Assembly: GCA_965208125.1 (NCBI GenBank)
Contig: OZ242320.1
Span: 3,712,001 to 3,776,000, forward strand
Direction: 5' to 3'
Length of the DNA: 64,000 bases
Origin: Candidatus Latescibacterota bacterium
GTDB lineage: Bacteria > Latescibacterota > UBA2968
Below the pieces are notes generated by a model, which was given only the letters and a program-made list of their open reading frames with translations, was not told the origin of the DNA and ran no database searches. The translations under genes were made by a program, and so were the position numbers. Shown here piece by piece: positions 1 to 9,239 of this stretch. Positions within the stretch are counted from its first letter, which is position 1. Every line of letters starts with the position of its first letter.

Positions 1-732
1 TCGCGTGTCGCCAAAAGATCGCGCATCGTTTGGGGTGAGCCAATCGGCAGTGGCGGTGGCAAGTGCGCCATTGTCGAGTTGAAACGAAGCCTGGACGTGA
101 TCGAATGTGAGGCCCGTGTCGATGTGTTTTTTGAGCGTGCCGAGCGCGTGAACCCCCGTGTATTCTGCGCCGGTGAGCCAGCGAACCTGATCTACGCCGT
201 GACCTGCCAGGTCGTGGAATGTACCCACATATTTGTCTGCATCAAAGTAGAGGGCGGGGGGATTTGCGCCGAGTTTGTGCGGATGCGTGGTGATAAGGCT
301 CACGAGGTCACCCAAATCGCCATTTTGAATCGCCTGTCTCAATGCGATAAAGGCTCCATAACTGCGAGATGTAAAAAAGGTGGAAAGTTTGATATTATTT
401 TTTGCAACAGCCGTTTTGATGCGTTTTAATTCTTCCTTCGTTCGGCAGAGCGGTTTGTCGAGTAGCATGTGGACGCCAGCTGCGGCACACGTTTCAATGA
501 CAGGCGTTTTTTCGTGATGCTCAAGACCCTCAATTACCAGGTCGGGTTTTGCTTTTTCGAGCATCAGGTCGAGTGTGGCAAAGCGGGTGATGTTGTGGTC
601 TGCGGTATATTTTTTATAAAGTGCGTCATCTGATTCTACAATACCGACGATTTTGCCATTTGGCGCGTTGATCGCCGAGTGAAACATACCGCTTATATGT
701 CCGTAGTGCATGCCCATAATACCGATTTTCAT
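1..732 (-). CDS. Gfo/Idh/MocA family oxidoreductase (partial, runs off the left edge)
   Basis: Not in the ORF track. Manual translation from the ATG at 732 gives MKIGIMGMHYGH...HMLLDKPLC...DLAGHGVDQVRWL; GGAAGG lies upstream. Confidence 0.85.
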   Translation of the reverse strand, partial: MKIGIMGMHYGHISGMFHSAINAPNGKIVGIVESDDALYKKYTADHNITRFATLDLMLEKAKPDLVIEGLEHHEKTPVIETCAAAGVHMLLDKPLCRTKEELKRIKTAVAKNNIKLSTFFTSRSYGAFIALRQAIQNGDLGDLVSLITTHPHKLGANPPALYFDADKYVGTFHDLAGHGVDQVRWLTGAEYTGVHALGTLKKHIDTGLTFDHVQASFQLDNGALATATADWLTPNDARSFGDTR

Positions 733-745
733 AATAGCGTCCTTC

Positions 746-1519
746 CTACGCTCGCCATCTGCGCGATTCGAGCACCGTATGTGTTAAAAAAAGAAAAAAA
801 GCCGCAGCACTAACAAAAAATACCACGTCGTGCGTATCGACAACACCGTGAATCATGTCTCGGGTGTGTTCTATAAGGGAGAGAAATTTCAAAATAACAA
901 AAAATATATCGCTGGCAAAACGCGCAGCCCAGTCGATAATCCACAACAGTATTAAAAAGAAAAAAGACAACACAGCTGCGATAATCTGGTTCTCAGTCAA
1001 AGACGACGCCAAAATGCCCACACTGATAAATGTGGCGCCAATCAACACCACAGCCAGCGCACCGGAAAAAATGGGGCCCCAGTCTAATTGCGCATGCATA
1101 GACAACACGCCAATATAGCCGAAGGCCATTGCTTCGATTAGCAAATACAATACATAACAAGCGAGAAATTTGCCTATCAAAATTTGTGCCGAAGTTACCG
1201 GTGAAGTCATCAATAACTCATACGTGCCCCCGCGTTTTTCCTCGGCGTAGAGACGCATCGTGAGCATTGGAATCACAATCATCCAGATAAAAATCTGAAA
1301 TTCAAAAAATGGTGTGGCAACTTCTGTATTGACGTTTAGTAGCATTTTTTCTTCGCGTTCTGCCAATTTCAGATATACGGTCATATCGTGAAATTCGAGC
1401 AACTGATTGCGAAAAACAAAGCCGCTAAATAGCAAAAACACGCTGGCCATCACGTATGCAATTGGCGAGCCAAAATACGACCGCATCTCTTTGCCAAAAA
1501 TCGCCATTATATTGCCCAT
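746..1519 (-). CDS. ABC-2 type transporter permease (GldF-like)
   Basis: KEMRSYFGSPIAY, TMRLYAEEKRGGTYELLMTSP, SSLTENQIIAA; multiple TM helices; overlaps the stop of the ATPase gene. Confidence 0.85.
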   Translation of the reverse strand: MGNIMAIFGKEMRSYFGSPIAYVMASVFLLFSGFVFRNQLLEFHDMTVYLKLAEREEKMLLNVNTEVATPFFEFQIFIWMIVIPMLTMRLYAEEKRGGTYELLMTSPVTSAQILIGKFLACYVLYLLIEAMAFGYIGVLSMHAQLDWGPIFSGALAVVLIGATFISVGILASSLTENQIIAAVLSFFFLILLWIIDWAARFASDIFFVILKFLSLIEHTRDMIHGVVDTHDVVFFVSAAAFFLFLTHTVLESRRWRA

Positions 1520-2445
1520 CACACCTCCTCCTCGTGCATGGTCAGAGCGTGAAAAATTTCTTCCAAAGACATGGCTTCACGCTTCATTTCCACCAGTCCC
1601 ATGCCCAATTCGACAATGCGAGCCGATACTGCGGCACTCAAATCCGCTTCAGCCTGCCAATGGACATGCAGCCCATTTTTTGTTCGCGTCACATCGCTAA
1701 TCCCTTCAATAGCGGCAATCGCTTTGGCGGCAATATCCTCATCGCCCGATATCCGAACAAAAAATCGCGTTGTGTCGCGCATATGAGCTGTGAGATTTTC
1801 TGGTGTATCAACAGCGACAATTTTGCCTTCGTGAATAATGATCACGCGATTGCAGGTCATTTCAACTTCGGGCAAAATATGAGTGCTCAAAATTACCGTG
1901 CGCTCCTGGGCAAGTTCGCGGATCAATTGTCGCACCTCGATGATCTGATTGGGATCGAGGCCCGAAGTCGGCTCGTCCATGATGATTACTTCAGGGTTGT
2001 GCAATATCGCCTGTGCAAGCCCTACCCGCTGTCGATATCCTCTGGACAAATGACCGATGAGTTGCTCGGTGCGATCCACAAGCCCGCATTGGACAACGAC
2101 TTCATCAATTCGCCGTCTGGATTCTTTTGGCGCAACGCCCTTGATTTTAGCGATAAACTCCAGATATGTACGCACGCGCATATCGCGATACAGAGGCGGC
2201 AATTCGGGCAAATACCCAATACGTTTTTTGACTTCCAATGGATTGTCAAAAATGTCGTAGCCGGCAATGCGCGCTGTGCCTTCTGTGGCGGGCAAAAAAC
2301 AGGTAAGCACGCGCATGGTCGTGGTTTTGCCCGCGCCGTTTGGCCCCAAAAAACCGACAATTTCGCCCTTACCCACTTGAAATGAAATGTCGTCAACAGC
2401 CGTAAATGCGCCGTATCGCTTTGTCAGGCGATCAACTTCTATCAC
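1519..2445 (-). CDS. ABC transporter ATP-binding protein (GldA-like)
   Basis: Walker A GPNGAGKTT, signature LSRGYRQR, Walker B IIMDEP, H-loop STH. Confidence 0.92.
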   Translation of the reverse strand: MIEVDRLTKRYGAFTAVDDISFQVGKGEIVGFLGPNGAGKTTTMRVLTCFLPATEGTARIAGYDIFDNPLEVKKRIGYLPELPPLYRDMRVRTYLEFIAKIKGVAPKESRRRIDEVVVQCGLVDRTEQLIGHLSRGYRQRVGLAQAILHNPEVIIMDEPTSGLDPNQIIEVRQLIRELAQERTVILSTHILPEVEMTCNRVIIIHEGKIVAVDTPENLTAHMRDTTRFFVRISGDEDIAAKAIAAIEGISDVTRTKNGLHVHWQAEADLSAAVSARIVELGMGLVEMKREAMSLEEIFHALTMHEEEV

Positions 2446-2455
2446 GTCTTGCTCC

Positions 2456-3337
2456 TTATCCCTTAATTTTTTTTGCCCGCATTCTGAAAAATTGCATCAA
2501 CGGTTCGTGATACGCTCCTTGAGTCGAAATATTCACGGCGTCTAAGCCCATACGTCGAAACAATGCGTCGCGGTCATCGCGCTCTTTTCGCGTTAGCTTT
2601 TGGAACGCATCTCGTACTGCTGTATTGCCAAAATCGACCATTATGCCTTCGCCCGTCTCAGCATCTTCCAACTCCACAATGCCAATTGCAGGCAGATCGT
2701 ACTCCCGCGGATCTTCCAGTGCTATCGCTACCAGATCATGACGTCGATTGGCAACGCGCAATGCTTTCTCATAGTCAGAAGCGAAAAAATCCGATACCAG
2801 AAACACAACGCTGCGCCGATAGGTCACGCGATTTAAATACTCCAAGGCAGTATTGATATTTGTACTGCGTCCTGAGGGCTGAAAATACAACAATTCTCGA
2901 ATTACGCGTAGCACATGCTTTTTGCCCTTTTTGGGGGGAATAAATAACTCGACTTCGTCGGTAAAAATGATCAGTCCCACACGATCGTTATTCTGAATTG
3001 CGGAAAAGGCGAGCAAAGCGCAGATCTCAGCACCTATCTCGCCTTTCATTTGCGCCACCGTTCCAAAGTCACCTGACGTACTCGCATCCACCATCAATAT
3101 CACGGTGAGTTCGCGCTCCTCATCGAATACTTTGACAAAAGGATCGCCCATACGCGCTGTCACATTCCAGTCAATTGTGCGAACATCATCGCCGGGCTGA
3201 TATTCTCGCACTTCTGCAAACGCCATGCCCCTGCCTTTAAATACCGAATGGTATTCGCCGGCAAATATTGTATTTACCAGATTGCGCGTGCGCAACTCAA
3301 TGCGTTTCACTTTTTTTAAAATTTCAGTTGGAATCAT
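2456..3337 (-). CDS. DUF58 (vWA-like) protein
   Basis: GEYHSVFKGRGMAFAEVREYQPGDDVRTIDWNVTAR; directly follows moxR. Confidence 0.9.
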   Translation of the reverse strand: MIPTEILKKVKRIELRTRNLVNTIFAGEYHSVFKGRGMAFAEVREYQPGDDVRTIDWNVTARMGDPFVKVFDEERELTVILMVDASTSGDFGTVAQMKGEIGAEICALLAFSAIQNNDRVGLIIFTDEVELFIPPKKGKKHVLRVIRELLYFQPSGRSTNINTALEYLNRVTYRRSVVFLVSDFFASDYEKALRVANRRHDLVAIALEDPREYDLPAIGIVELEDAETGEGIMVDFGNTAVRDAFQKLTRKERDDRDALFRRMGLDAVNISTQGAYHEPLMQFFRMRAKKIKG

Positions 3338-3348
3338 GGTAAAAACTA

Positions 3349-4344
3349 TCACGGCACTTCAACGTGGTCGAATATTTGGCGGGCGATTTCTTCGGAGTTA
3401 ATTTCCTCAGCTTCTGCCTCGTAAGTTACCAGTACGCGGTGGCGCAATACGTCCATGCCAATGGCTTTCACATCTTCGGGAGTGACATAGCCGCGGTGGC
3501 GCAAAAACGCATGCGCTTTGGCAGCGCGGGTCAGGGCGATAGACGCGCGTGGCGATCCGCCAAATTCGATCAGGGCGCGTAAATCACCCAAACCATAAGC
3601 CTCTGGATCGCGGGTCGCCAACACGAGATCGACGATATAATCTTTGATTTTGTCATCCACATAAATCTCGTCGGCTACACTCCGCGCGCGAATGAGATCG
3701 TCAGTTGTTATGACTGTCTCAATTTGAGGGGGTGCAGCGCGGCTCATGCGATCGACAATGGCGCGTTCTTCCTGTTTATTGGGATATGTTACCCGCACTT
3801 TTAGCATAAAGCGATCAACCTGTGCCTCGGGCAGTGGATAGGTCCCCTCTTGTTCGATGGGATTTTGCGTGGCCAGCACCAAAAAGGGATCGGGCATGGC
3901 AAATGTTTCGTTTCCAATGGTAACTTGACGCTCTTGCATGGCTTCGAGCATGGCACTTTGCACTTTTGACGGTGCGCGATTGACTTCATCGGCGAGTACG
4001 AGTTGGGCAAAAATAGGCCCTTTTTGAGCCATAAATTCGCCCGTCTCCCGGTGATAGACCATTGTGCCAATCAGGTCTGCGGGCAACAAATCGGGTGTAA
4101 ACTGAATGCGTTTAAAAGATGCCTGAATCGCATGAGCCAATGAATTGACGGCTAAAGTTTTCGCAAGACCGGGAACGCCTTCGAGCAAGACATGCCCGTT
4201 GCACAATAGACCGATTAACAATCGCTCAATCATGTCCTGTTGTCCGACAATGACCTTGCCCACCTCGGACAATAATCGATCTACAAACGCGCTTTCGCGC
4301 CCAACCCGTTCATTGATTAATTGAATATCTTGTCCAACTGTCAT
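3349..4344 (-). CDS. moxR: MoxR family AAA+ ATPase
   Basis: LEGVPGLAKT, RIQFTPDLLPAD, DEVNRAP, ATQNPIEQEGTYPLPEAQVDRF. Confidence 0.93.
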   Translation of the reverse strand: MTVGQDIQLINERVGRESAFVDRLLSEVGKVIVGQQDMIERLLIGLLCNGHVLLEGVPGLAKTLAVNSLAHAIQASFKRIQFTPDLLPADLIGTMVYHRETGEFMAQKGPIFAQLVLADEVNRAPSKVQSAMLEAMQERQVTIGNETFAMPDPFLVLATQNPIEQEGTYPLPEAQVDRFMLKVRVTYPNKQEERAIVDRMSRAAPPQIETVITTDDLIRARSVADEIYVDDKIKDYIVDLVLATRDPEAYGLGDLRALIEFGGSPRASIALTRAAKAHAFLRHRGYVTPEDVKAIGMDVLRHRVLVTYEAEAEEINSEEIARQIFDHVEVP

Positions 4345-4348
4345 TGTA

Positions 4349-4840
4349 TCACTCTCGGCTTATTGGTTTGGTACGCAACCACTGCTCGGGCGTTTTGCCC
4401 AAATTTTCGATTGAAAATTTGGCATCATCCACTAACTCAGATTTTGGATAGGTATCAATCACCTGTTGATAGGCTACCCGCGCTTGTTCGTAATCACCGA
4501 GTTGATCGTGGATATAGCCAATCATAAACTGTGCCTGTACACAATATCGGCTCTGCGGAAATCGCGCGATCAGGGTTTCGTATCGCGCAATGGCTTCTTT
4601 GTGTTTTTGTTGATTCATCAATACCCGCGCCAGAGCCTGTAGTGCCACCTCAGCGCGAGGGTCGTCGGGAAAACGCGTCAGAAATTCCGCCAATTTGACT
4701 TCGGCCACGGGATACGACGCCATATCGTGCGTGGCCTGTTCGCCCTCTCGAAAGAGTAAATCCGCAGATTGTTCTTGTGCTCCACAGGCGACAAATAGTG
4801 GCAAAAAGAATAAGAATCGAAATCTGTGCATCTTTGCCAA
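4349..4840 (-). CDS. TPR-repeat lipoprotein (BamD/CpoB-like)
   Basis: Lipobox-like FVAC; TPR-type repeats with FPDDP, FPQS and YPKS turns. Confidence 0.75.
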   Translation of the reverse strand: MAKMHRFRFLFFLPLFVACGAQEQSADLLFREGEQATHDMASYPVAEVKLAEFLTRFPDDPRAEVALQALARVLMNQQKHKEAIARYETLIARFPQSRYCVQAQFMIGYIHDQLGDYEQARVAYQQVIDTYPKSELVDDAKFSIENLGKTPEQWLRTKPISRE

Positions 4841-4918
4841 TCTCCTTTGCTTATTTATACTTTTTCAAAAACGTTTTTGTCCAACGCGAGTTCCGTTTTT
4901 TCTTTTTAGACAGTGCAA

Positions 4919-6214
4919 TCAGATTAGACGGTGTATATTAAAAAATCGCCCTATTTTCGTCAAGATTTCTGTGCGCTTGAGAAGTAAACACAAGATGCCT
5001 ACCAGTGCCAATCCACCGTATTCCACCCATTGAACCCAGGCGGCTTCTTCCCATACGCCACGGGCCTGGTATTGAATCAGAACGTGATAGGATAAGACTA
5101 CCAGGAGTGAGAAAGCGATCCAGGGCGGATGCCGATAAAAAACGAGAAATGGGATTAACCACAAGACATACCACGGATGGAGCGTGGGGGTGAGTAGAAC
5201 AAAGGCCGCCGTAGTCAGATATACACAGTGCAACAGGGGGACGCGCTTCCAGATCAGCAACAGCACAACACTTGAAAAGAGCAGGGCAATGATACCGCGC
5301 GCAATTTGTCCATCGCCACAAAGCAGAATGAGTACATTAAATACCGCGCTGTTAAATGACCAGTGTTGTGCATAAGTACCCAGGCTACCCAAAACAGGCG
5401 CGCCGGTCCACGCATAGGGTAAATATCCCAGAAGCACGACACAGGGGGCCATGAGCAGAGCGGGCCAATTGGTTGGTACCCACCCTTTCCAACGCACGAG
5501 ATTCGCCAAAAAAACAAGAGGGAAAAATTTCACCAGAACAGCCCCACCAAGCGTACTTAGCGCGATGTAATCTCGTCCTTTTAAGAACAAATACAATGCA
5601 GCCAATAAAGCGACAATGCCCAGCGATTCGATATGTCCATTTCCAGCAATTTCCACTACGACCAGCGGATGCCAGAAGTAAATCAAAACCCATTGTGGTC
5701 GCTGCTCAAAATGCCTGAGCAAACAGACGATCAGCCATCCCGCAATCAGGTCGGCACATGCGAGCAGCACCTTGATGCCCAGTATGCCACCCGAAATGCC
5801 ATATCCCATCCAGAATGCTATTTGAGCGATAGGCGGATAAATGGTCGGTAATTCGGGGTGGTTAATTTTAGGGAAAATGAGCGCGTCTCGTACATGCGCC
5901 AGTTCTTGTGCTACAGGTGCAAATCGGTAGGGATTGACGCCCGCCCACTGTACGCGTCCATCCCACACATAGCGATAGATATCATCGGACAGCGTTGGAA
6001 AAGAAAACAAAAGGCTAAGCCGGAACACAGCGGCAGCGATCACAATAGCCTTCAATGGCACATATTCACAATGCCAGACTGCAATGAGATAGGCCACAGA
6101 TGAAATGCCAAAAAGCACAAAAAAAACCGGCACTTGCTTGCCCAATGCCGGCATCGCAGCAAAACTGCTCGTCATGACCAACCCCATCAAAAGGGGCACG
6201 ATCCACCGCTGCAT
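4919..6214 (-). CDS. GT-C fold membrane glycosyltransferase (GT87/DUF2029-like)
   Basis: LSDDIYRYVWDG, PTIYPP, GNGH and LHPWY motifs; many TM segments. Confidence 0.75.
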   Translation of the reverse strand: MQRWIVPLLMGLVMTSSFAAMPALGKQVPVFFVLFGISSVAYLIAVWHCEYVPLKAIVIAAAVFRLSLLFSFPTLSDDIYRYVWDGRVQWAGVNPYRFAPVAQELAHVRDALIFPKINHPELPTIYPPIAQIAFWMGYGISGGILGIKVLLACADLIAGWLIVCLLRHFEQRPQWVLIYFWHPLVVVEIAGNGHIESLGIVALLAALYLFLKGRDYIALSTLGGAVLVKFFPLVFLANLVRWKGWVPTNWPALLMAPCVVLLGYLPYAWTGAPVLGSLGTYAQHWSFNSAVFNVLILLCGDGQIARGIIALLFSSVVLLLIWKRVPLLHCVYLTTAAFVLLTPTLHPWYVLWLIPFLVFYRHPPWIAFSLLVVLSYHVLIQYQARGVWEEAAWVQWVEYGGLALVGILCLLLKRTEILTKIGRFFNIHRLI

Positions 6215-6240
6215 AAATATCTCTTAGTGCAATATGTCCA

Positions 6241-7149
6241 TTACCGCTGGTCTTGTCCAATGTGCCACCGGTGTGTGTTGATTTGCAAAACGATTTTGCC
6301 CTGCTTAAATACGCGAACCGTTCCGGTTGACTCAGAAATAGCCAGAGCAATGGCTCGGGTGGTTTTGGTAATCGCCGCCGCCGCCACATGCCGTGCGCCC
6401 AATCCCTTGGGCAAAGTGAGACCGCGCACACTCGCTGAAATATAGCGCCCTCCAGATAGGATAACCCCATCTTCCCGAATGATAAATGCACCATCCATCA
6501 GCGATACTTCTTTGACACCTTCGTGAACATCGGGATTGCAGATATTTTTTTCTTTATCGGAATATCCGCGAAAAGGATCAAATGTCATGGACCGCGAATG
6601 GTGCAAAACCCGTTTGGAATCGCCAATGACAAATAAGGTGCCGACCGGTTCGCCTTCGCGACCGTCCTTACCAATATCGATGGAAAGATCGAGCGTGGTT
6701 TTGACAACTTTGAGCGGTAAATCGCCCGCTATGGATGAGATTTTTGCCGAATCGTATATATCAAACCCAATACTGGTATCCATCACCGTTATCGCATCCA
6801 CACCCCGCGAAGCCAGCAGGTGACTCAGGCATACCAATCGCGCATCCCTGCGAATATACCCGCTCTCCAGACCTCTGATAACGCATTGTCGCAACTGTTC
6901 GAAGTGCGTGTCATTACCCAGGCGATAATCATAAGTCAAACGCTGCACACCCTTCTTTTCAACACCACTCAAAAAGTGTTTTTTTCGCGTAACAACCAGG
7001 ACCTGACAGGTGGTGTTCAGTTTGTGAACATCAGCGTGGCTCACGCCGGAATTGGCCACGAGCAGAATCATATCGGCGCAGGTTTTCCGAGCCAAATTTT
7101 GGGCGGTACTCATCAAGGACTGCGTGTGATTTTCGTGTGATTTAGCCAT
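6241..7149 (-). CDS. Diadenylate cyclase (DisA_N/DAC domain) with a DacZ-like N-terminal domain
   Basis: GREGEPVGTLFVIGD, MDGAFII, GLGARHVAAA, AISESTG; no HhH domain and no TM helices. Confidence 0.82.
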   Translation of the reverse strand: MAKSHENHTQSLMSTAQNLARKTCADMILLVANSGVSHADVHKLNTTCQVLVVTRKKHFLSGVEKKGVQRLTYDYRLGNDTHFEQLRQCVIRGLESGYIRRDARLVCLSHLLASRGVDAITVMDTSIGFDIYDSAKISSIAGDLPLKVVKTTLDLSIDIGKDGREGEPVGTLFVIGDSKRVLHHSRSMTFDPFRGYSDKEKNICNPDVHEGVKEVSLMDGAFIIREDGVILSGGRYISASVRGLTLPKGLGARHVAAAAITKTTRAIALAISESTGTVRVFKQGKIVLQINTHRWHIGQDQR

Positions 7150-7212
7150 AAAACGATTTTGTGAGAAGATTATTTATTTTAGCCTTGTAAACATGTCCAA
7201 AACTGCTATTTA

Positions 7213-7836
7213 CTACCGCCGGGAGGAGAAGCGCCGTCGCCGACCATAAGTCACGTTATCTCGTTCCTGAGATATGTTATGCGATGTTATGCCCCCTCCC
7301 CGTTCTAAATCCAAAAATTCCCCGGGAATATGTTTGGTCAATACGGTTGGGCCACAATCGTAGAAATGCACGCCAGCTTGATGGGCGCGTGTCGCTGCAA
7401 TGCGTATGACAGCCCCTCGGCGTCCGGGCCTGGCGCTTAACCTCGCGGCGACATCGGCATCAAACGACAAATGTACATAATCGCGATCATCTGGTGCCAA
7501 GCCTTCGGATAACAATCGCTCAACATCGGCGGAATCTACTCCCTTGTACAGAAATTCGGGGGGTTCTGATGGGTCGAGACCCAGGTCGATGGAAAAACTA
7601 TGCCCATAACGCGCTCGAATGCGGTTTTCCACAATCTCAAAACGTTGTTTCTCTCCATCATAAACCACTTTTTCAATATCTTCAAGAGTAAATGTCGAAT
7701 TTCGGTCTTGAAATGCACGTAAAACCTCGTCGAGATCGGCAAATCCATAGCGATCAACTTGTAGTCCAAACTCATCGGGTCTGTGCCGCAACATCAATGA
7801 CAACAATTTAGAAATGTGTACCATTCTCGGTGCCAT
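7213..7836 (-). CDS. kptA: RNA 2'-phosphotransferase (Tpt1/KptA)
   Basis: SKLLSLMLRH, EKQRF, IRARYGHS, RDYVHLS. Confidence 0.88.
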   Translation of the reverse strand: MAPRMVHISKLLSLMLRHRPDEFGLQVDRYGFADLDEVLRAFQDRNSTFTLEDIEKVVYDGEKQRFEIVENRIRARYGHSFSIDLGLDPSEPPEFLYKGVDSADVERLLSEGLAPDDRDYVHLSFDADVAARLSARPGRRGAVIRIAATRAHQAGVHFYDCGPTVLTKHIPGEFLDLERGGGITSHNISQERDNVTYGRRRRFSSRR

Positions 7837-7860
7837 GCGCTTTCTCCGTAATAATAATCT

Positions 7861-9228
7861 TTATGAAAACACTACATCTTGCGCGGCATCCACATCCTGA
7901 ACGCCAATCAATGATAGGCCATCGGGAATGCGTGCCCCACTCAAATTTGCTTTGGCGGCAATACACCGCGTGAAGCCCAGTTTGCGCGCTTCGGCCATTC
8001 TGCGTTCAATTTGACTAACAGCACGCACTTCTCCACCCAACCCCACTTCGCCAATTACAACCGTATCGCGGTACATCTGTCTGCTGCGAAAGCTCGACGC
8101 CATAGCCATAGCTATACCCAGATCGACAGCGGGTTCGTCAATACGCAAGCCCCCTGCGACATTTAAGAAAATATCCTCAGTTCCCAATTGCAGGCCCGAC
8201 CGTTTTTCGAGCACGGCAATTAAAATCGCCATTCGCCGCGCATCAAATCCCGTGGCCACGCGCTGCGGGTATCCGAAGTTACTGCGGCTGACCAGTGCTT
8301 GTACTTCGACCAAAATGGGACGTGTACCTTCAATTGTGCAAACAATGGCTGTGCCTTCTCGATCGGCCTCGCGCTCGGGCAAGAATACCTGTGAGGGATT
8401 ATTCACTTCGACCATCCCCCGATCACACATTTCAAAAATACCGATTTCATTTGTCGAGCCAAACCGGTTCTTGGCAGCCCGCAAAATGCGAAACGCACCG
8501 TGTTGCTCGCCCTCCAGATAAAGTACGGTATCGACGATGTGCTCGAGCACGCGCGGTCCTGCAACCGTACCTTCTTTGGTGACATGTCCGATTAAAAAAA
8601 TCGATGTGCCCGTGCGTTTGCCCAGTGCCACCAGTTTTGCAGAAGATTCTCTGACCTGCGCCACACTTCCCGGCGCGCTTTGCAGATCTGGGCTAAAAAT
8701 GGTCTGCACTGAATCGACCACAACCGCGACGGGCTGCATTTCTTCGATGTATCCGCAAATCAGATCGAGATTGGATTCAGAAATCAAGTACAATTCATCG
8801 GATAACGCGCCGATTCTTTGGGCGCGCATCCGCGTTTGACGAGGGGACTCTTCTGCGGATACGTACAGTGTTTTCATACCCGAAAACGCGAGTTGTGCAA
8901 CCCCTTGCAAGAGCAGTGTAGATTTGCCAATGCCGGGGTCGCCGCCAACAAGCGCAGCCATGCCGGGCACTATGCCGCCGCCCAATGTGCGGTCAAATTC
9001 TCCGATAGCTGTCTTAATGCGGTCTTCTCTGCCACCCACCACTTCGGTAATCGGCTGCGGCGGATTTGCTTTGACCCATTCGTCCGTGCGTCTGTTTTGT
9101 TTTGCTTCGGACGATGCGGTTTCTTCGACACAGGTGTTCCATTCACCACAGGATACGCACCGACCAAACCACCGTCCCGAATCTGCACCGCATTGCTGAC
9201 ATACATACCGCACGCGCACTTTGCCCAT
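7861..9228 (-). CDS. radA: DNA repair protein RadA/Sms
   Basis: C4 zinc finger, GDPGIGKST, KNRFG, Lon-like C-terminus. Confidence 0.97.
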   Translation of the reverse strand: MGKVRVRYVCQQCGADSGRWFGRCVSCGEWNTCVEETASSEAKQNRRTDEWVKANPPQPITEVVGGREDRIKTAIGEFDRTLGGGIVPGMAALVGGDPGIGKSTLLLQGVAQLAFSGMKTLYVSAEESPRQTRMRAQRIGALSDELYLISESNLDLICGYIEEMQPVAVVVDSVQTIFSPDLQSAPGSVAQVRESSAKLVALGKRTGTSIFLIGHVTKEGTVAGPRVLEHIVDTVLYLEGEQHGAFRILRAAKNRFGSTNEIGIFEMCDRGMVEVNNPSQVFLPEREADREGTAIVCTIEGTRPILVEVQALVSRSNFGYPQRVATGFDARRMAILIAVLEKRSGLQLGTEDIFLNVAGGLRIDEPAVDLGIAMAMASSFRSRQMYRDTVVIGEVGLGGEVRAVSQIERRMAEARKLGFTRCIAAKANLSGARIPDGLSLIGVQDVDAAQDVVFS

Positions 9229-9239
9229 GGGCTATTTCC

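Noticed and set aside
79-429. 116-aa plus-strand ORF
   Set aside because: It is antisense to the partial Gfo/Idh/MocA gene at 1-732.
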